64,000 nucleotides of DNA from positions 1,024,001 to 1,088,000 of the forward strand of contig CBDBLX010000002.1 of NCBI GenBank assembly GCA_965207445.1. Reading direction: 5' to 3'. Source of the DNA: Nitrosopumilus sp. (GTDB lineage Archaea > Thermoproteota > Nitrososphaeria > Nitrososphaerales > Nitrosopumilaceae). Positions 43,893-54,946 of this stretch are shown in pieces. Made by a program: the position numbers and the translations under genes. The notes below the pieces were generated by a model that was not told the origin of the DNA, ran no database searches, and saw nothing but the letters and a program-made list of their open reading frames with translations. How positions within the stretch are numbered: the first letter of the stretch is position 1; the number at the start of each line of letters is the position of its first letter.

Positions 43893-45349
43893 ACGACAAC
43901 CAACCCTCAATCAAATCATCTGCAAAGCAAAAAATTGATAGTAATGATGAAAACAATAACAACACCCTTCACTTTAACAGCATAATACACGAACTACTTT
44001 CAAATAGGATGGGTATTGCGGGAATCGCCATTTTAGCTACACTAATCGTGATATCACTTGTCACCATTGTAGTTATTCCTATTGAGACGTTTCAAGAGTG
44101 GAACAATCCAAAAAGTTGGATATCATACCCAAAAACTGCTGTACCTGCATGGGTGAATACAGGCCTTGGTGAAAAGATCCCAGAACACTTGATATTTGAT
44201 ACTCCTACATCAACTTTTGTACAACATACAGATGCCGTCACACAAACAACACATGAATTTCTTATACATTATAATTATGATGACTTTCCAAATGACTTTA
44301 TCTATAGTTTTTTAACACAATATGAAGGATCACCGCTTGTTCAAGTTTCAATTACTAGACCTGATGGTCATACTATACTACTGCTCTCAAAATCACTCCC
44401 TTTTTCAGATGGTGTCATATCACACTCGGAGCGAATATTTTCAACTGACAATATAATAAAAAAAAATGTAATGCTTCAGTCACATGTATTTGAATACGAT
44501 ATATCTGATATGCCTATTGAAAATGTCGTATTTGCAGCAGACATGTATGAAAACAACAACAACAATAGTCCTGATGTCCTTCAGGGAACATACACACTAC
44601 ATGTGAATTTTTACAGTATCTCTGATGATCTAAATGTACACGAGTCACAATTGATAGTTGGTGGTAAAGCGTTTGGATTGATGGGTACTGATGAACTAAG
44701 ACGTGATCTTGCAATTGGATTATTGTGGGGAACGCCTCTTGCGTTATTCATCGGAATTACTGTTGCAGTAGCGTCTGTTATGGCGGGGCTTTTGTATGGG
44801 GTTTATGCAGGGTATAGAGGAAAAAAGACTGATGAGGTGATGATGCGATTTAATGATGTCATATACGCATTGCCTGCACTGCCATTTCTTATTATACTGT
44901 CTGTTACGGTTAGTAATAGTATACTGTTAATGATTGGATTCTTGATGATATTTGGATGGGTCGGTGTGGCAAAAGTTGCACGAAGTATGTCATTGCAGAT
45001 TAAGACTCGTGGGTATGTGGATGCTGCTGAGATAATGGGCCAGAGACGATTTATAATTATAACAAAACATATAGTTCCACAACTATTACCTTATGCATTT
45101 GCAAGCATTGCAATATCCGTTCCAGCTGCAATCACAACTGAGGCAGGACTCAGTTTCCTTGGACTCGGTGATCCTAGTTTTCCAACATGGGGGCAAATTT
45201 TGCATGATGCAAACACATTTGGTGCTGCTGCGAGAGGATTGTGGTGGTGGATGATGCCGCCTGGCGTTATGATTGCGATTACTGGCTTGGCCTTTGTATT
45301 TATTGGAAATGCTCTTGATAATATTGTGAATCCAAAACTTCGGCGCTGA
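43889..45349 (+). CDS. Peptide/nickel ABC permease (DppC/OppC-like)
   Basis: GTDELRRD, EAGLSFLGLG, WG..L, NPKLR. Confidence 0.92.
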   Translation: MNDNQPSIKSSAKQKIDSNDENNNNTLHFNSIIHELLSNRMGIAGIAILATLIVISLVTIVVIPIETFQEWNNPKSWISYPKTAVPAWVNTGLGEKIPEHLIFDTPTSTFVQHTDAVTQTTHEFLIHYNYDDFPNDFIYSFLTQYEGSPLVQVSITRPDGHTILLLSKSLPFSDGVISHSERIFSTDNIIKKNVMLQSHVFEYDISDMPIENVVFAADMYENNNNNSPDVLQGTYTLHVNFYSISDDLNVHESQLIVGGKAFGLMGTDELRRDLAIGLLWGTPLALFIGITVAVASVMAGLLYGVYAGYRGKKTDEVMMRFNDVIYALPALPFLIILSVTVSNSILLMIGFLMIFGWVGVAKVARSMSLQIKTRGYVDAAEIMGQRRFIIITKHIVPQLLPYAFASIAISVPAAITTEAGLSFLGLGDPSFPTWGQILHDANTFGAAARGLWWWMMPPGVMIAITGLAFVFIGNALDNIVNPKLRR

Positions 45350-45616
45350 TCTTATGTATGTAATTATTTTATTGTAAAGTATATTATTATTAACATATTA
45401 CTACTATTAACATATTATTATTAACATATTGCTATTAACATATTATTAATATTGTTGATAATAACAAATACTGGAAATTATTTTTGTAAAAGCTGTACCG
45501 TCTGTACCAATTCATAAATTAATTATCAAATTAACTGACAAAGTATTCCTTTACAAGCAAACAAATCACCACACTAGCATACTTGATCTGAAAGTATGCT
45601 TTTTGCCAAATTGCTT

Positions 45617-45976
45617 TTATTCAAAGTTATATTCACGTATTATAGATATTGCATTATCACTTAATCTAATAGTATAATTTCTTGAATTTGGGTCTGTCTC
45701 TTTTGATTGAGCTAGCGTTTCTGTAAATGCCGTCTTTTTTTCATCAACTGCACCTGATTCATGTGCACACAAGTTGAATGCTTTGAGATTTAGATTTTTT
45801 TGTAACATATGTTCGATGAATTTTTTATATGCTGTGGGGTTATCCCATGACACGTTTCGTTCATTACATGCTGCTATCCAGACATCCACAGAGTTGTGGA
45901 ATGCCACTTTTTGGCGTAAATCTTCTAATTGCATTAAAAATCTGCCCGTTGCATCTTTGATCCACATCTTGGACAT
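45617..45976 (-). CDS. Hypothetical protein
   Basis: 119-aa ORF, host-like, coupled to the upstream gene. Confidence 0.6.
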   Translation of the reverse strand: MSKMWIKDATGRFLMQLEDLRQKVAFHNSVDVWIAACNERNVSWDNPTAYKKFIEHMLQKNLNLKAFNLCAHESGAVDEKKTAFTETLAQSKETDPNSRNYTIRLSDNAISIIREYNFE

Positions 45977-46260
45977 GTACCGCCTTTGTGTTTGTGGTTA
46001 CACACTAAACAGACATACTTGATTCCACCTGAACCTGTTTGTGAGCCAAGTCCAAAAAATCCACCTCTTCCATTATCTGAACTAGATGATCTATAACCCC
46101 GCATACGGTTTGCGTATTGGCGCCTAAGTAAAAGTGGAAATGCTATAAACAGACCAATGGCAACTACAAGCCCGATTGGAAATGGTAGTATTATCTGTAA
46201 TACAATACTTACTGCAAGGGATGCAAATAAAAATACCAAATATTTTTTGTAAGAAAACAT
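45934..46260 (-). CDS. Two-TM protein with C-terminal zinc ribbon
   Basis: Two hydrophobic helices then CLVC...CPRC. Confidence 0.7.
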   Translation of the reverse strand: MFSYKKYLVFLFASLAVSIVLQIILPFPIGLVVAIGLFIAFPLLLRRQYANRMRGYRSSSSDNGRGGFFGLGSQTGSGGIKYVCLVCNHKHKGGTCPRCGSKMQRADF

Positions 46261-46374
46261 AAAACAATTTTACTTGAAACAAGTTATAAAGTTTGTGTCG
46301 TTGTGAATGTTGCTCAAAAATATAAGATCATGTTAAATTTATGGTGTGCAATATTAACTCTTACTATATTGTTC

Positions 46375-46455
46375 GTAACCGTTCAACCCCCGTATCTGCA
46401 CCAGAAGTTAGACGATGAATCTGTGCCTAAATTTGAGAAGGGGTTGAACGGTTAC
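46375..46455 (+). mobile_element. 81-bp MITE family A with perfect 16-bp terminal inverted repeats (IS66-type GTAA ends)
   Basis: GTAACCGTTCAACCCC...GGGGTTGAACGGTTAC; marks the left edge of the GC-richer island. Confidence 0.9.
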
Positions 46456-46627
46456 CTACCTTCGATCAGTCTGTTTTAAATAGACGATAGCGCAACATAT
46501 TACATGTCAAATAAGCAAGTTGAAGAGATTGAAAAAGACGTGAAAGATCTGTTTTATAGGGATCAGGAGTTGCCCCAGCCATACGCAGTACCTGTTCCGA
46601 TAGGCGACGGGATAAAGACTGGCAAGC

Positions 46628-47191
46628 CTAGGCCTCCGCCCGACGATCAAACCTGAAGTGTTGTCGTAGTTTTGTCATCATGCCCGGAATCTTCCGGCTC
46701 AGGTATACTTCGTGCTCGTCCATCCACTCATAGTACTGGTAGGCCTGTTTCGGCACCGAACCGTCGGTCTGTTGATCCTGCATACGCTTCGCGTTGGCCA
46801 AAAATTCGTTATGCATTTTTATCCGCTTGAAGATGTTTTGCGTGGGTTGCTGTAGATTTGGTTCCAGAAAATTGATTTTCCCAGAGGAGATCAGACTGTC
46901 GTAAAAATCATGATTTAGATACTTGCTCATGAAATACAGGGTTTTCTTTCCTGAACGGCCTTCCATGTCCACACGACCAAAATTTTTAGGAGGTTTGTCA
47001 TAGTCCAGACTGCGTAGCGTGTCCCAGAGCTCAAGATACAGGTTTTGAGACGCCCGCATCTTTTCGCTGTTTTTGTCCTTGAAATGCTTGTATGCAGATA
47101 TGAACACTGTGAGGATTGTGGCAACTGCAGCCGCGCTGCCCAGCAGGTTGTTCTCTATCAGGTTGGAGAAGATCCACTAAATAGGTTCCAT
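46628..47191 (-). pseudogene. Single-TM hypothetical protein with in-frame TAG at codon 5
   Basis: MEPI*WIFSNLIENNLLGSAAAVATILTVFISAY... is in frame with ORF 46628-47107. Confidence 0.55.
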
Positions 47192-48103
47192 GTATGTCTT
47201 TATGCCAAGAGCAGTTTATGAACATGACGATCAGGTGGATCTGCTGGCGTGCAACAGTCCATGGCCGATCCCATCATTTACGCGCAGGAAAAATACCGTG
47301 CAGCCACAAGTATGAAAAAAAAGGATGAGGGATATTGTAAGCGTCCCGTTTCGCTTTCTGTCGTCATCACAGGGAACTAGAACCCACTGCGGGTTTTACT
47401 CCCTTTAGACCCGCTCACCCATAGGGTTCGAGTCCCTTTTTGCCGCCTGCTCTAGTACGACCTTGCCGTTTGGCAGCACGCCTATGAACCTACAATTCTG
47501 CGTCATGATAAGATGTTCTGCAGTGTCTGCATCTGCAACTAGCTGGCTATTGCTGCAACCTGACCTGTTATCTTGCTGGTACGTTGTAGTACCTCTAGCA
47601 CAAGGTCAAGCTGCTCCGGTGTTGCACTCTCAATTGCCGCCTGGGCCTGTCGCTTGTTCTCTAGCAGGTGGTCTGCATTGTCGGCCTGGTCCAGAAGATC
47701 TTTTGATCGTCCAAATGCATCTCGCGAGGTTGGTGCGTAATTCATCAAATTGCCACCTGTATCGCACTTGCAAAGCCATCTGCAAATATCGCCAGAGTTT
47801 TATGTGCATATATTTAATAAGCTCATATATAAAAGTATCTGCGCGTATACCAAAAGTGACTTATAGGGGCATCCCAATTGAATAATTGTGATGTCACCAA
47901 AGGGGATGCTAAACAACGTTGACTAGCCAATGTTATCAACGTATCGTTTGTGAAGTGCGGTAGAACGACGACATATGGTGGGTTGTCACAACATACTATG
48001 CTACACAGAATGACACCCATTACAATGCATGGTTTGTGATGAATGTGGTGTCTGCTTGTTGTTTGTGTAAATTTAGTGTGTGGGTTTCAAATAAGAACAA
48101 ATT

Positions 48104-48502
48104 ATGGAGGCAGACCGTACAGTGACAGATCAGCACAAGCGACGCGAAGGTTATTGGACGTATTACGAGCAGGCACGTAAATCTGAGCAGGATTTTATGC
48201 GCAAGATATGGTTGTCGGCGATACGGAAAAACCCACATCCGTGCAAGGAAAAGAAGACAAATAGGGGATGTAAGCCTGTACACTCGCGTGACAAGATGGA
48301 TTTTTTGTATCTTTTAAAAGTTGCAAAAAATATTCCTTTTCGTGACGTGATAAATGATCTTGTACATATGTATGATGAATGGGTTGACGAGACGAAGCCT
48401 GATTATAGTTGGGTAACCAAACATATGCAAACAATTGATCTCGATTGGCTTGATTCTATTTTGGCATATGCTGCCAATATGTGTCTAACTGAACTTAAAA
48501 AA
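48104..48502 (+). pseudogene. Transposase N-terminal region (IS5/ISNCY-like), truncated by a family A MITE
   Basis: W..Y..A, RG.KP and PDYS motifs; frame runs into the MITE (...KVLNGY). Confidence 0.6.
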
Positions 48503-48583
48503 GTAACAGTTCAACCCCCGTATCTGCACCCGAAGTTAGACGATAAATCTGTGCCTAAATTTGAGAAGGTGTTGAACGGTTAC
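48503..48583 (+). mobile_element. 81-bp MITE family A
   Basis: About four mismatches to 46375-46455. Confidence 0.9.
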
Positions 48584-48852
48584 TAACAAAATATGATCAC
48601 AGGTCAATTAGTTGAGTAATTTTCTGACCAGATGCAAAAAATAATCAAACATGTTTTCAACATTTTGGGCACTTTCTCACATATCGTGTTTATCATTTAG
48701 ATTTATGTAAATTCGATCACAGTAATGATCGGTGATCGCTGTTGCTGTGTCTGTATACATACTTACAGAATATGGGTTTAACTGTTACGTGGATGGAGGC
48801 GTTTTGATTTAACACCCTAACGTTAAATTATTTCAACTCTGATCAAATTTTT

Positions 48853-48921
48853 TAAACCAAAATTATCACAGTATATAATCATAAGAATTTAAGTGTCCAC
48901 TTCAAAAAGCAAAATAGTTAC
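48853..48921 (+). repeat. GTTAC-terminated repeat family F (copy 1)
   Basis: AATTTAAGTGTCCACTTCAAAAAGCAAAATAGTTAC identical to the end of 55542-55617 and similar to 52675-52710. Confidence 0.85.
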
Positions 48922-48927
48922 AAAAAT

Positions 48928-49611
48928 TTAGAGTGCTGATGCTACCTTTGTCAGGTCTGACAATGTATAGGCAGCAGAGATCAGCTGTATTTGGGTCCTG
49001 TCGTCATAGAAGATCAGCTTTGATATTCTTCCGTTTTCAGGATCCCCGTCCACGCCAACGGCATCAAAACCGTTTACCACGACACTCTGAGTGTGGGGAC
49101 GTTCCCGCAGGACATCCGTGCGCCACTTTTTAATGTCAAAATCATCGTGCACTCTGTCGTACAGTATGATGATCCCATGAGAGTCCATCACGTCTCCAAA
49201 CGTCTCGAGTTTGTTGTAGTCTATGGATTCCGGTCCGTAGATCACCGTGGCCAGTCTGGCCCTTTCTGATGCGGTTCCCTTGGTCATCAGTGCCTTGACT
49301 TCCAGACCGGCCGGAAGTAGCGTGGACTCTGTTACCTTGTAATGCGTTTTTGCGGATAACTCCTCTACATTTGGATACGTCATTCCATACATTTTTTCCA
49401 GCTCAAAGGAGTACGGCACTTTGGCGGCGGCAAGCGACTCGGAGTATTTTCCAAGATACGGTAGGTCTTGCGCCTGCGACGCGTCTTGCACCCAGGCAAA
49501 CCCGGCGCTGGTAATTCCGACCGAAACCGCCAGAGATATAACCAGAGTTTTTTTCAGCAAGTCTCGGACCCTCCTACGCCAACCTTGATGTTTTTGTAAG
49601 CGGGCGTACAT
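48928..49611 (-). CDS. Exported hypothetical protein
   Basis: Signal-like segment LVISLAVSVGITSAGFAW; about 50% GC by eye; start probably near 49557. Confidence 0.65.
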   Translation of the reverse strand: MYARLQKHQGWRRRVRDLLKKTLVISLAVSVGITSAGFAWVQDASQAQDLPYLGKYSESLAAAKVPYSFELEKMYGMTYPNVEELSAKTHYKVTESTLLPAGLEVKALMTKGTASERARLATVIYGPESIDYNKLETFGDVMDSHGIIILYDRVHDDFDIKKWRTDVLRERPHTQSVVVNGFDAVGVDGDPENGRISKLIFYDDRTQIQLISAAYTLSDLTKVASAL

Positions 49612-50272
49612 TGGGTTATGAACCCGCCATTTGTGTCGTATTCTTCATCGTTGTATGTCCAGTAACTCCACCTGGAACCGTCATGCACTTTGATGTACTT
49701 TACGTCTGTCTTGGGAACTGACGTATCGTCATCTATGGATTCAACCCCAACGACCACATCTCCGTAAGTACTATTCATGATGAGACCGGCTCGTTTGTTA
49801 CCACTTTGATATGCATGCCACTTCATATCCTTGTTCGTGTCTGATATTTCATAGTATATGTTCTCAGACGGGATGACGGATCCGCTCAGTCTATGTTCGT
49901 AATAATTGCCATCTTGCATGTATGCTACGTAGTGATGTTCTTCGGAGTTATAGCATATTTCATCTATTTGTCCTGATGCCACTCCGATCTCTATCCAGTC
50001 ACCGTTGGGAAAGAGAACCCAAGTGGCTACCAGCGAGAATCCATCGCCGTTTGGCGAGCATGAATCTGATGTTGTCATGTCGGGAACCGTCACTCTTGCT
50101 TTGACGCCTGATGCACTAAATGATTCTGTGCTGTGGATCTCTTGAGTTCCGAGGCATTTCCCAAACCAGCCCCAGTATCTTCAGCAGAAGTCGAGCTGGC
50201 CGAGGGGATCAACACCACTCCCAACAGGATTGGAAGCACGGTCAAGATTGTTTTTGTGCGTTTTGCAGTCAT
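49554..50272 (-). pseudogene. Secreted Cys-containing beta-rich protein, frameshifted near 50180
   Basis: Signal-peptide ORF (50090-50287) and body ORF (49554-50093) join with one added base: ...SAE/RYWGWFGKCLGTQE... Confidence 0.6.
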
Positions 50273-50483
50273 TGCACACCCTTGCACCCTGTGTTATATA
50301 ATGAGGTCTACCCAGATCTGGAGTGCCTTTTGGTCATTGGGTCTGAGAGATTGGTGTCTAATTCCGATCCACAGGTAAGATCCTTTCTTTCAGAAGATAT
50401 TCACAGAACTATTTTCGATTTACGCACCAATCCCGGTTTTCCCAATCAACATTTATTGATCTGTACAAGTTCGCTTCACGTTG

Positions 50484-50967
50484 ATGAAGAAGAGAAAGAA
50501 GCATTTTACATTCAGATTAGATGAGGATTTGTACGATGAATTGGAGATGGAATCAGAAAGAAAAGACATCACACCACCCATGCTGATGGACAAACTAACC
50601 AAAAACCATCTGACACGTGACAAATTTTTTGACGAGTTAGGATTTATTCCAGTATCCACGGACTGCCTTAAAGTCATCCTAGAAAAATTAGATGAAAAAA
50701 TGCCGAACTTGATGGCGAGAGCATCAGCAACACCAAGATAGGGGAATACGTCACTTATTTCTATCATAAAAATGATAGAACAGCTTGTTGATTTTTCTGG
50801 AATTGTACCTTTCCACCCCGAAGATTCAGAAAAGAGAACAACAATGGCACTGTATCGTACACTATACACCACATTAACAAGAATTACTCGTTGTTCTTGA
50901 AAGGAATGCTGTTTGGCGCCATAGAAAAAACGTTGAAGACAAGAGGAGTAAACCTAGTGGATAGTGA
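50484..50967 (+). pseudogene. Ribbon-helix-helix regulator-like gene, frameshifted
   Basis: HFTFRLDEDLYDELE N-terminus; continuation in other frames; ends at a family C fragment (50968-50991). Confidence 0.55.
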
Positions 50968-51332
50968 TTTCATTAAAGATCCGATAGTTTTTACAGGCGA
51001 TTTCGGCTAGGCAGGAGGGTATGGAGTGGAAAAATAAACGTAATTGGCACTATGTGTAGCAGATACCGTGTGGTGGCCAGAAGAGAGACGAGGAATTGGG
51101 TGTGTATGTCAGTGGCAGGTATTGGGTAACTTTTGATCATTTGGTTGAATTAATTTGACCTTGAGTGTCAAAAGTCGATGTGGCCATTAGTGTTTAATGA
51201 ATCCCCACAAAATGGTACATCGACTAGTATTCGCCGATGCCATATTTAACGACTCTGCAGGCAGATCGTCTTGTGGCATCGACGAGGTGCGTATTTTTTG
51301 AAGACAGCCTATGTAGAAAGAGGGGACGGGTT

Positions 51333-51616
51333 CATGCCCGACGTGTCCCTGGAAGATCTAAAAGCCGCCTACCGCAAAGAGCCTCCGGGCAAGTCCCGGG
51401 ACAGACTGCAGGCAGCAGTTGGGCGAAAAAAGGGCAAGAGTGAGTCTGCAATAGCCGCCCAGCTCGGACGCAGCCAGAGCGTCATATCCGAGTGGTTCAA
51501 CAGGCTACAATCAGAGGGCTTGGAGGGCAGATATGACCGCAAGAGCCACTGGCAGGCCGTGCAGACTCACAAAAGAACAACAAGAACAGGCAAAAGCCGA
51601 TCTGAGTAGAGAGCCG
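51333..51616 (+). pseudogene. IS630-family transposase HTH fragment
   Basis: RLQA...IA..LGRS...I..W..R...EGLEG..D, then GRPCRLTKEQ after a frameshift. Confidence 0.75.
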
Positions 51617-51844
51617 ATGCATAATAGTTTCATTAAAGATCCGATAGTTTTCTAATATTTTGTATTCATAATATGTGCTCAACTTCGAGATGAATATCAA
51701 TCAAAATATAGGATCTTTAATCATATTAGTATGCATAATAGTTTCATTAAAGATCCGATAGTTTTCTAATATTTTGTATTCATAATATGTGCTCAACTTC
51801 GAGATGAATATCAATCAAAATATAGGATCTTTAATCATATCAGT
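51617..51844 (+). mobile_element. Tandem pair of 114-bp MITE family C units
   Basis: 51617-51730 equals 51731-51844 with 1 mismatch; each has ATTAAAGATCC...GGATCTTTAAT inverted repeats. Confidence 0.9.
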
Positions 51845-51925
51845 ATGCACAATACGTCAGATCATCACGATGCGTCACTCACGGTGCGGGGGAAGGTATA
51901 TTGACACTTGGCGGTGACACAAGCC

Positions 51926-52480
51926 ATGGCCGTAACATACACCGAGAGGATAGGTAACATCTTTGTTGACAGGAACAAGAGATGTGGCGCGGGCGCCGAT
52001 GACACTGTCATTATCTCCAGGACATCCATGGCAGAAGGCAGGCAGGCTGTCCGGACAAAGGCAGGCAGGCAAGCAGAGATCCGGCTCAGGCGCGGCATCG
52101 CACTGCGTCACGGGGACATACTGGAAGGTTCGGACCCGGCAGCCAAAACTGCGAGAAAAAGGACGCTGGTGGTAAAGCAGGCCCGTGAAAAGGTCATACT
52201 GGCAAAGTTTCTTGCTTGGGATCCAACTGAAAACTATGATCTTTATTACAACCTGACGTATGAGACGCCCCTGCAGGTGGGCCACATACTGGGCGAGATG
52301 CGCAAGCCCCTCTCGATCAGGAAGGACGGGGATGCGGTCTCGTTTCCCATACGAGACAACTCGGAGCTCAAAGAATTTGAGAAAAAGATCCGGGGGGTGA
52401 GCGGCGACGTGGAGGCCGAGATCACAAGAGAAGTATTCATAGAGGGACTCCTAGACGAGAGCCACTACGGGGATTACTGA
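51926..52480 (+). CDS. ureE: UreE-like urease accessory protein, orphan
   Basis: R....T..G....I.L.RG..LRHGDIL...VV.Q..E.V...GH.LG...P pattern. Confidence 0.7.
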   Translation: MAVTYTERIGNIFVDRNKRCGAGADDTVIISRTSMAEGRQAVRTKAGRQAEIRLRRGIALRHGDILEGSDPAAKTARKRTLVVKQAREKVILAKFLAWDPTENYDLYYNLTYETPLQVGHILGEMRKPLSIRKDGDAVSFPIRDNSELKEFEKKIRGVSGDVEAEITREVFIEGLLDESHYGDY

Positions 52481-52674
52481 CAGGGACATTTCCTAGGATG
52501 CGGCCGGCTTGGGTGCCTGACAGGATGCGCCTAAGGCGGACTCCCGCGCATTGGAGTGCCCTGGCGGCAGAGGATCATATGCGGCGGCATGGGCGCGTAA
52601 CCACGGCGGCGGGCGTCTCTCGTGTGGACCGTCCGCGCACCATGCCCACTTCAACCGCGTTTTCAAGAGAACCG

Positions 52675-52710
52675 AATTTAAATGCCCACTTTACAAAGCA
52701 AAATAGTTAC
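52675..52710 (+). repeat. Repeat family F (copy 2, diverged)
   Basis: AATTTAAATGCCCACTTTACAAAGCAAAATAGTTAC. Confidence 0.75.
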
Positions 52711-53012
52711 GACTGAACCGTGATCTGAGATGCACTTTACAACGCCCGTCCCGATGCCAAGTCCAACTTTGAGCATGCATTTAGACGTCTCATCTGCATA
52801 TAAGGGCAAATTCTGCGAGAATGCAAAAAACAACTGGGCACACGGTCGCCTACTTGTCAGTCTGGCAGATCTCACGTGTTTTTAATGATCATAATTCAGT
52901 AAACAAAAGATATATCAAGATCCCACACTATACATTATCATCGGTAAAGGAGGACCGTGATGGTTCGTCGAGCTCGTCTTTGATCTCGCCTTTCCGGACA
53001 TTATTCTCATTA

Positions 53013-53795
53013 TCATACCCACTTGTCATAGCTTGGTATGACATACGGCTCATACGCAATCTTGCCGTCTCTGTCAAAGAATCGCTCTATCTGCCTGAAC
53101 CTGTTACTCTTCTGCCTTTCAAAATGGCCCCAGATCGTCCTGCTGCATACGTCAACCAGTTGAATTCCAGGACTCATCTCAGAGGGAAACATGTGGACTG
53201 CGTTCAGTACTCTTTCCAGCCTGTCTTCTGCCACAAACGGGAGTCCACTTCTTTGGGTGCGCCTTCTTTCCTTTCAATTCATGGATCAGATGCCTCACTT
53301 CTTTGTCTTTTTGTGTTCATCTTCATCCACAACCACTGATCCCACGTGCTGTCCACGTTCCAGATACATGGAGAATCTGCGAATCGTAGACCTCATTGCA
53401 AATATGCGGGGGCTGTATATGTTATCATAATATACTTTTTTCATATGTGCCTTGTTTATGACAGTTGCAAAAATCACCGGGTTTGACGATGAAATTATAT
53501 CAAATATTTTATCGGAGAGTTCCTTGCGCTGCCAATCTTCGAGATGTGAAAACATGTTCGTGCCAAAAATTATGTCGTGATAGTTAATCTCATAATGCCT
53601 TTTTGGCATATTCTCGTGCTTACGTTCCGGAACAAATTCTGCCAACAAGTCCCTGACATTTTCAGACGCCTTCATATCTGCCTCTGGTTCCAGAACTAGG
53701 CCTGCCTGCACGTACCACTTTACCCTGCTTTTTCCAAACGGCGGAGGCCAGCCGGTGTCGCCTGTGGCATCCAGATAGATTGTCTTTGCCGCCAG
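53013..53795 (-). pseudogene. DUF3800-family gene, frameshifted
   Basis: IYLDATGDTG start and S..SPGIQLVD.C C-terminal motif lie in different frames. Confidence 0.75.
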
Positions 53796-54199
53796 TTAGT
53801 TCACACTCCGAGACCTTTTGTCATCTGTTGATTTCATACAGACATCTGCAGTGGATACTGGGGTATCAAGACGCCACCCCGATCCTTGCAACGGCATGTT
53901 CAAGCTCGTATCTCTCTTTCTTTTCCCTGCGCAGTACAGCATTGTACTTGTCTAAGTCAAGGTACTTGTGTGTATGTTTGCAGTCAGTATGCCAACAATA
54001 TCACCTAGTCTGCACGATACTAAATACTCACACAATACCTGATATCACCAAATATGTGTGCCATATTTTTTTGACCTGCTTGCAACAGTAACACATCAGT
54101 CCCGCATGATAACAGCAGCCATTAGAGTATGGAAGGTGCCAACGATTAATGCAGTAGAATCCTCAGAAAAAAACAATTTAAAGAAACGGTTACCATGAT

Positions 54200-54946
54200 A
54201 TGGGCATGGGAAACAAGCCATGTTTGAAAATAGAAGAAAAGTGGCTTTTGTCAATTATAAATATGTTTACATATATTGAGGGAAGGACGAGACTGCAAAA
54301 AATTGGACTGATCTCTTTTTTTGAAGAACTTCAAGACGAAGCATTCTTTGATGACTGGAGGCCATACAAATACGGGGGATACAGCCGCCGCTTGGCGGCC
54401 AGTCTAGCACACAAAAAATTGGACTGGAAGAATCGGGGCACATCCGATCCGATGAAGTGCTTGACTGTACAGGACAGTGTTTGCAGATATTCGCTGACCG
54501 AACTAGGACGGCAAGAAATCGGGGACTTTTCTAGAATGAACGCATCAAAGATCAACGACCTAAGACAAACCATATCATATTACCAGTCACTTCCATTGAA
54601 AGAACTTTTGAATGCAGTTTACCAAAAATACCCACACCTTACAAAAAACAGTGAGATTATTGCAGACGTAAACAAGACCACGGATCTCAATTTGCACTCT
54701 GTATACGAGCCCACTGATCCGCCCCGATCAGGACCGTCAGAAATGATTCCCGCGTCCCCTCCAGCAGACCGGCACGTATTTGGAGACTTGGATTTCAGAG
54801 AAGAGCTGGCAAAATCCATCGGGCTGGAGGGGGTTCCGGACTTGGATCCGCGGTCCTTTGATCGCATCAAGGGATTGTGGTCCAAACGAATGGGCGCGGA
54901 ACCGTTTGATGCCGTGGAGGCGATCAGAGAAGTGAGAAGTTGGTAA
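54200..54946 (+). CDS. Panacea/YwgA-like antitoxin-like protein (paralog of 33276)
   Basis: GRTRLQK...FDDWRPYKYGGYS; shared C-terminus DFREELAKSIGL..VPDLDP..FDRI.G...FDAVEA.REVR. Confidence 0.72.
   Translation: MGMGNKPCLKIEEKWLLSIINMFTYIEGRTRLQKIGLISFFEELQDEAFFDDWRPYKYGGYSRRLAASLAHKKLDWKNRGTSDPMKCLTVQDSVCRYSLTELGRQEIGDFSRMNASKINDLRQTISYYQSLPLKELLNAVYQKYPHLTKNSEIIADVNKTTDLNLHSVYEPTDPPRSGPSEMIPASPPADRHVFGDLDFREELAKSIGLEGVPDLDPRSFDRIKGLWSKRMGAEPFDAVEAIREVRSW

Noticed and set aside
41868..47179. In-frame TGA at a Trp position (41868) and TAG (47177) as recoding
   Set aside because: Core genes use TGA and TAG as normal stops, and both cases lie in decaying DNA.
51617..51844. CRISPR array
   Set aside because: Whole 114-bp units are duplicated with no unique spacers.
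54184..54193. AAACGGTTAC as a true element end
   Set aside because: It lies between the promoter shared with the paralog and the ATG, so it may be coincidental; counted only as weak.
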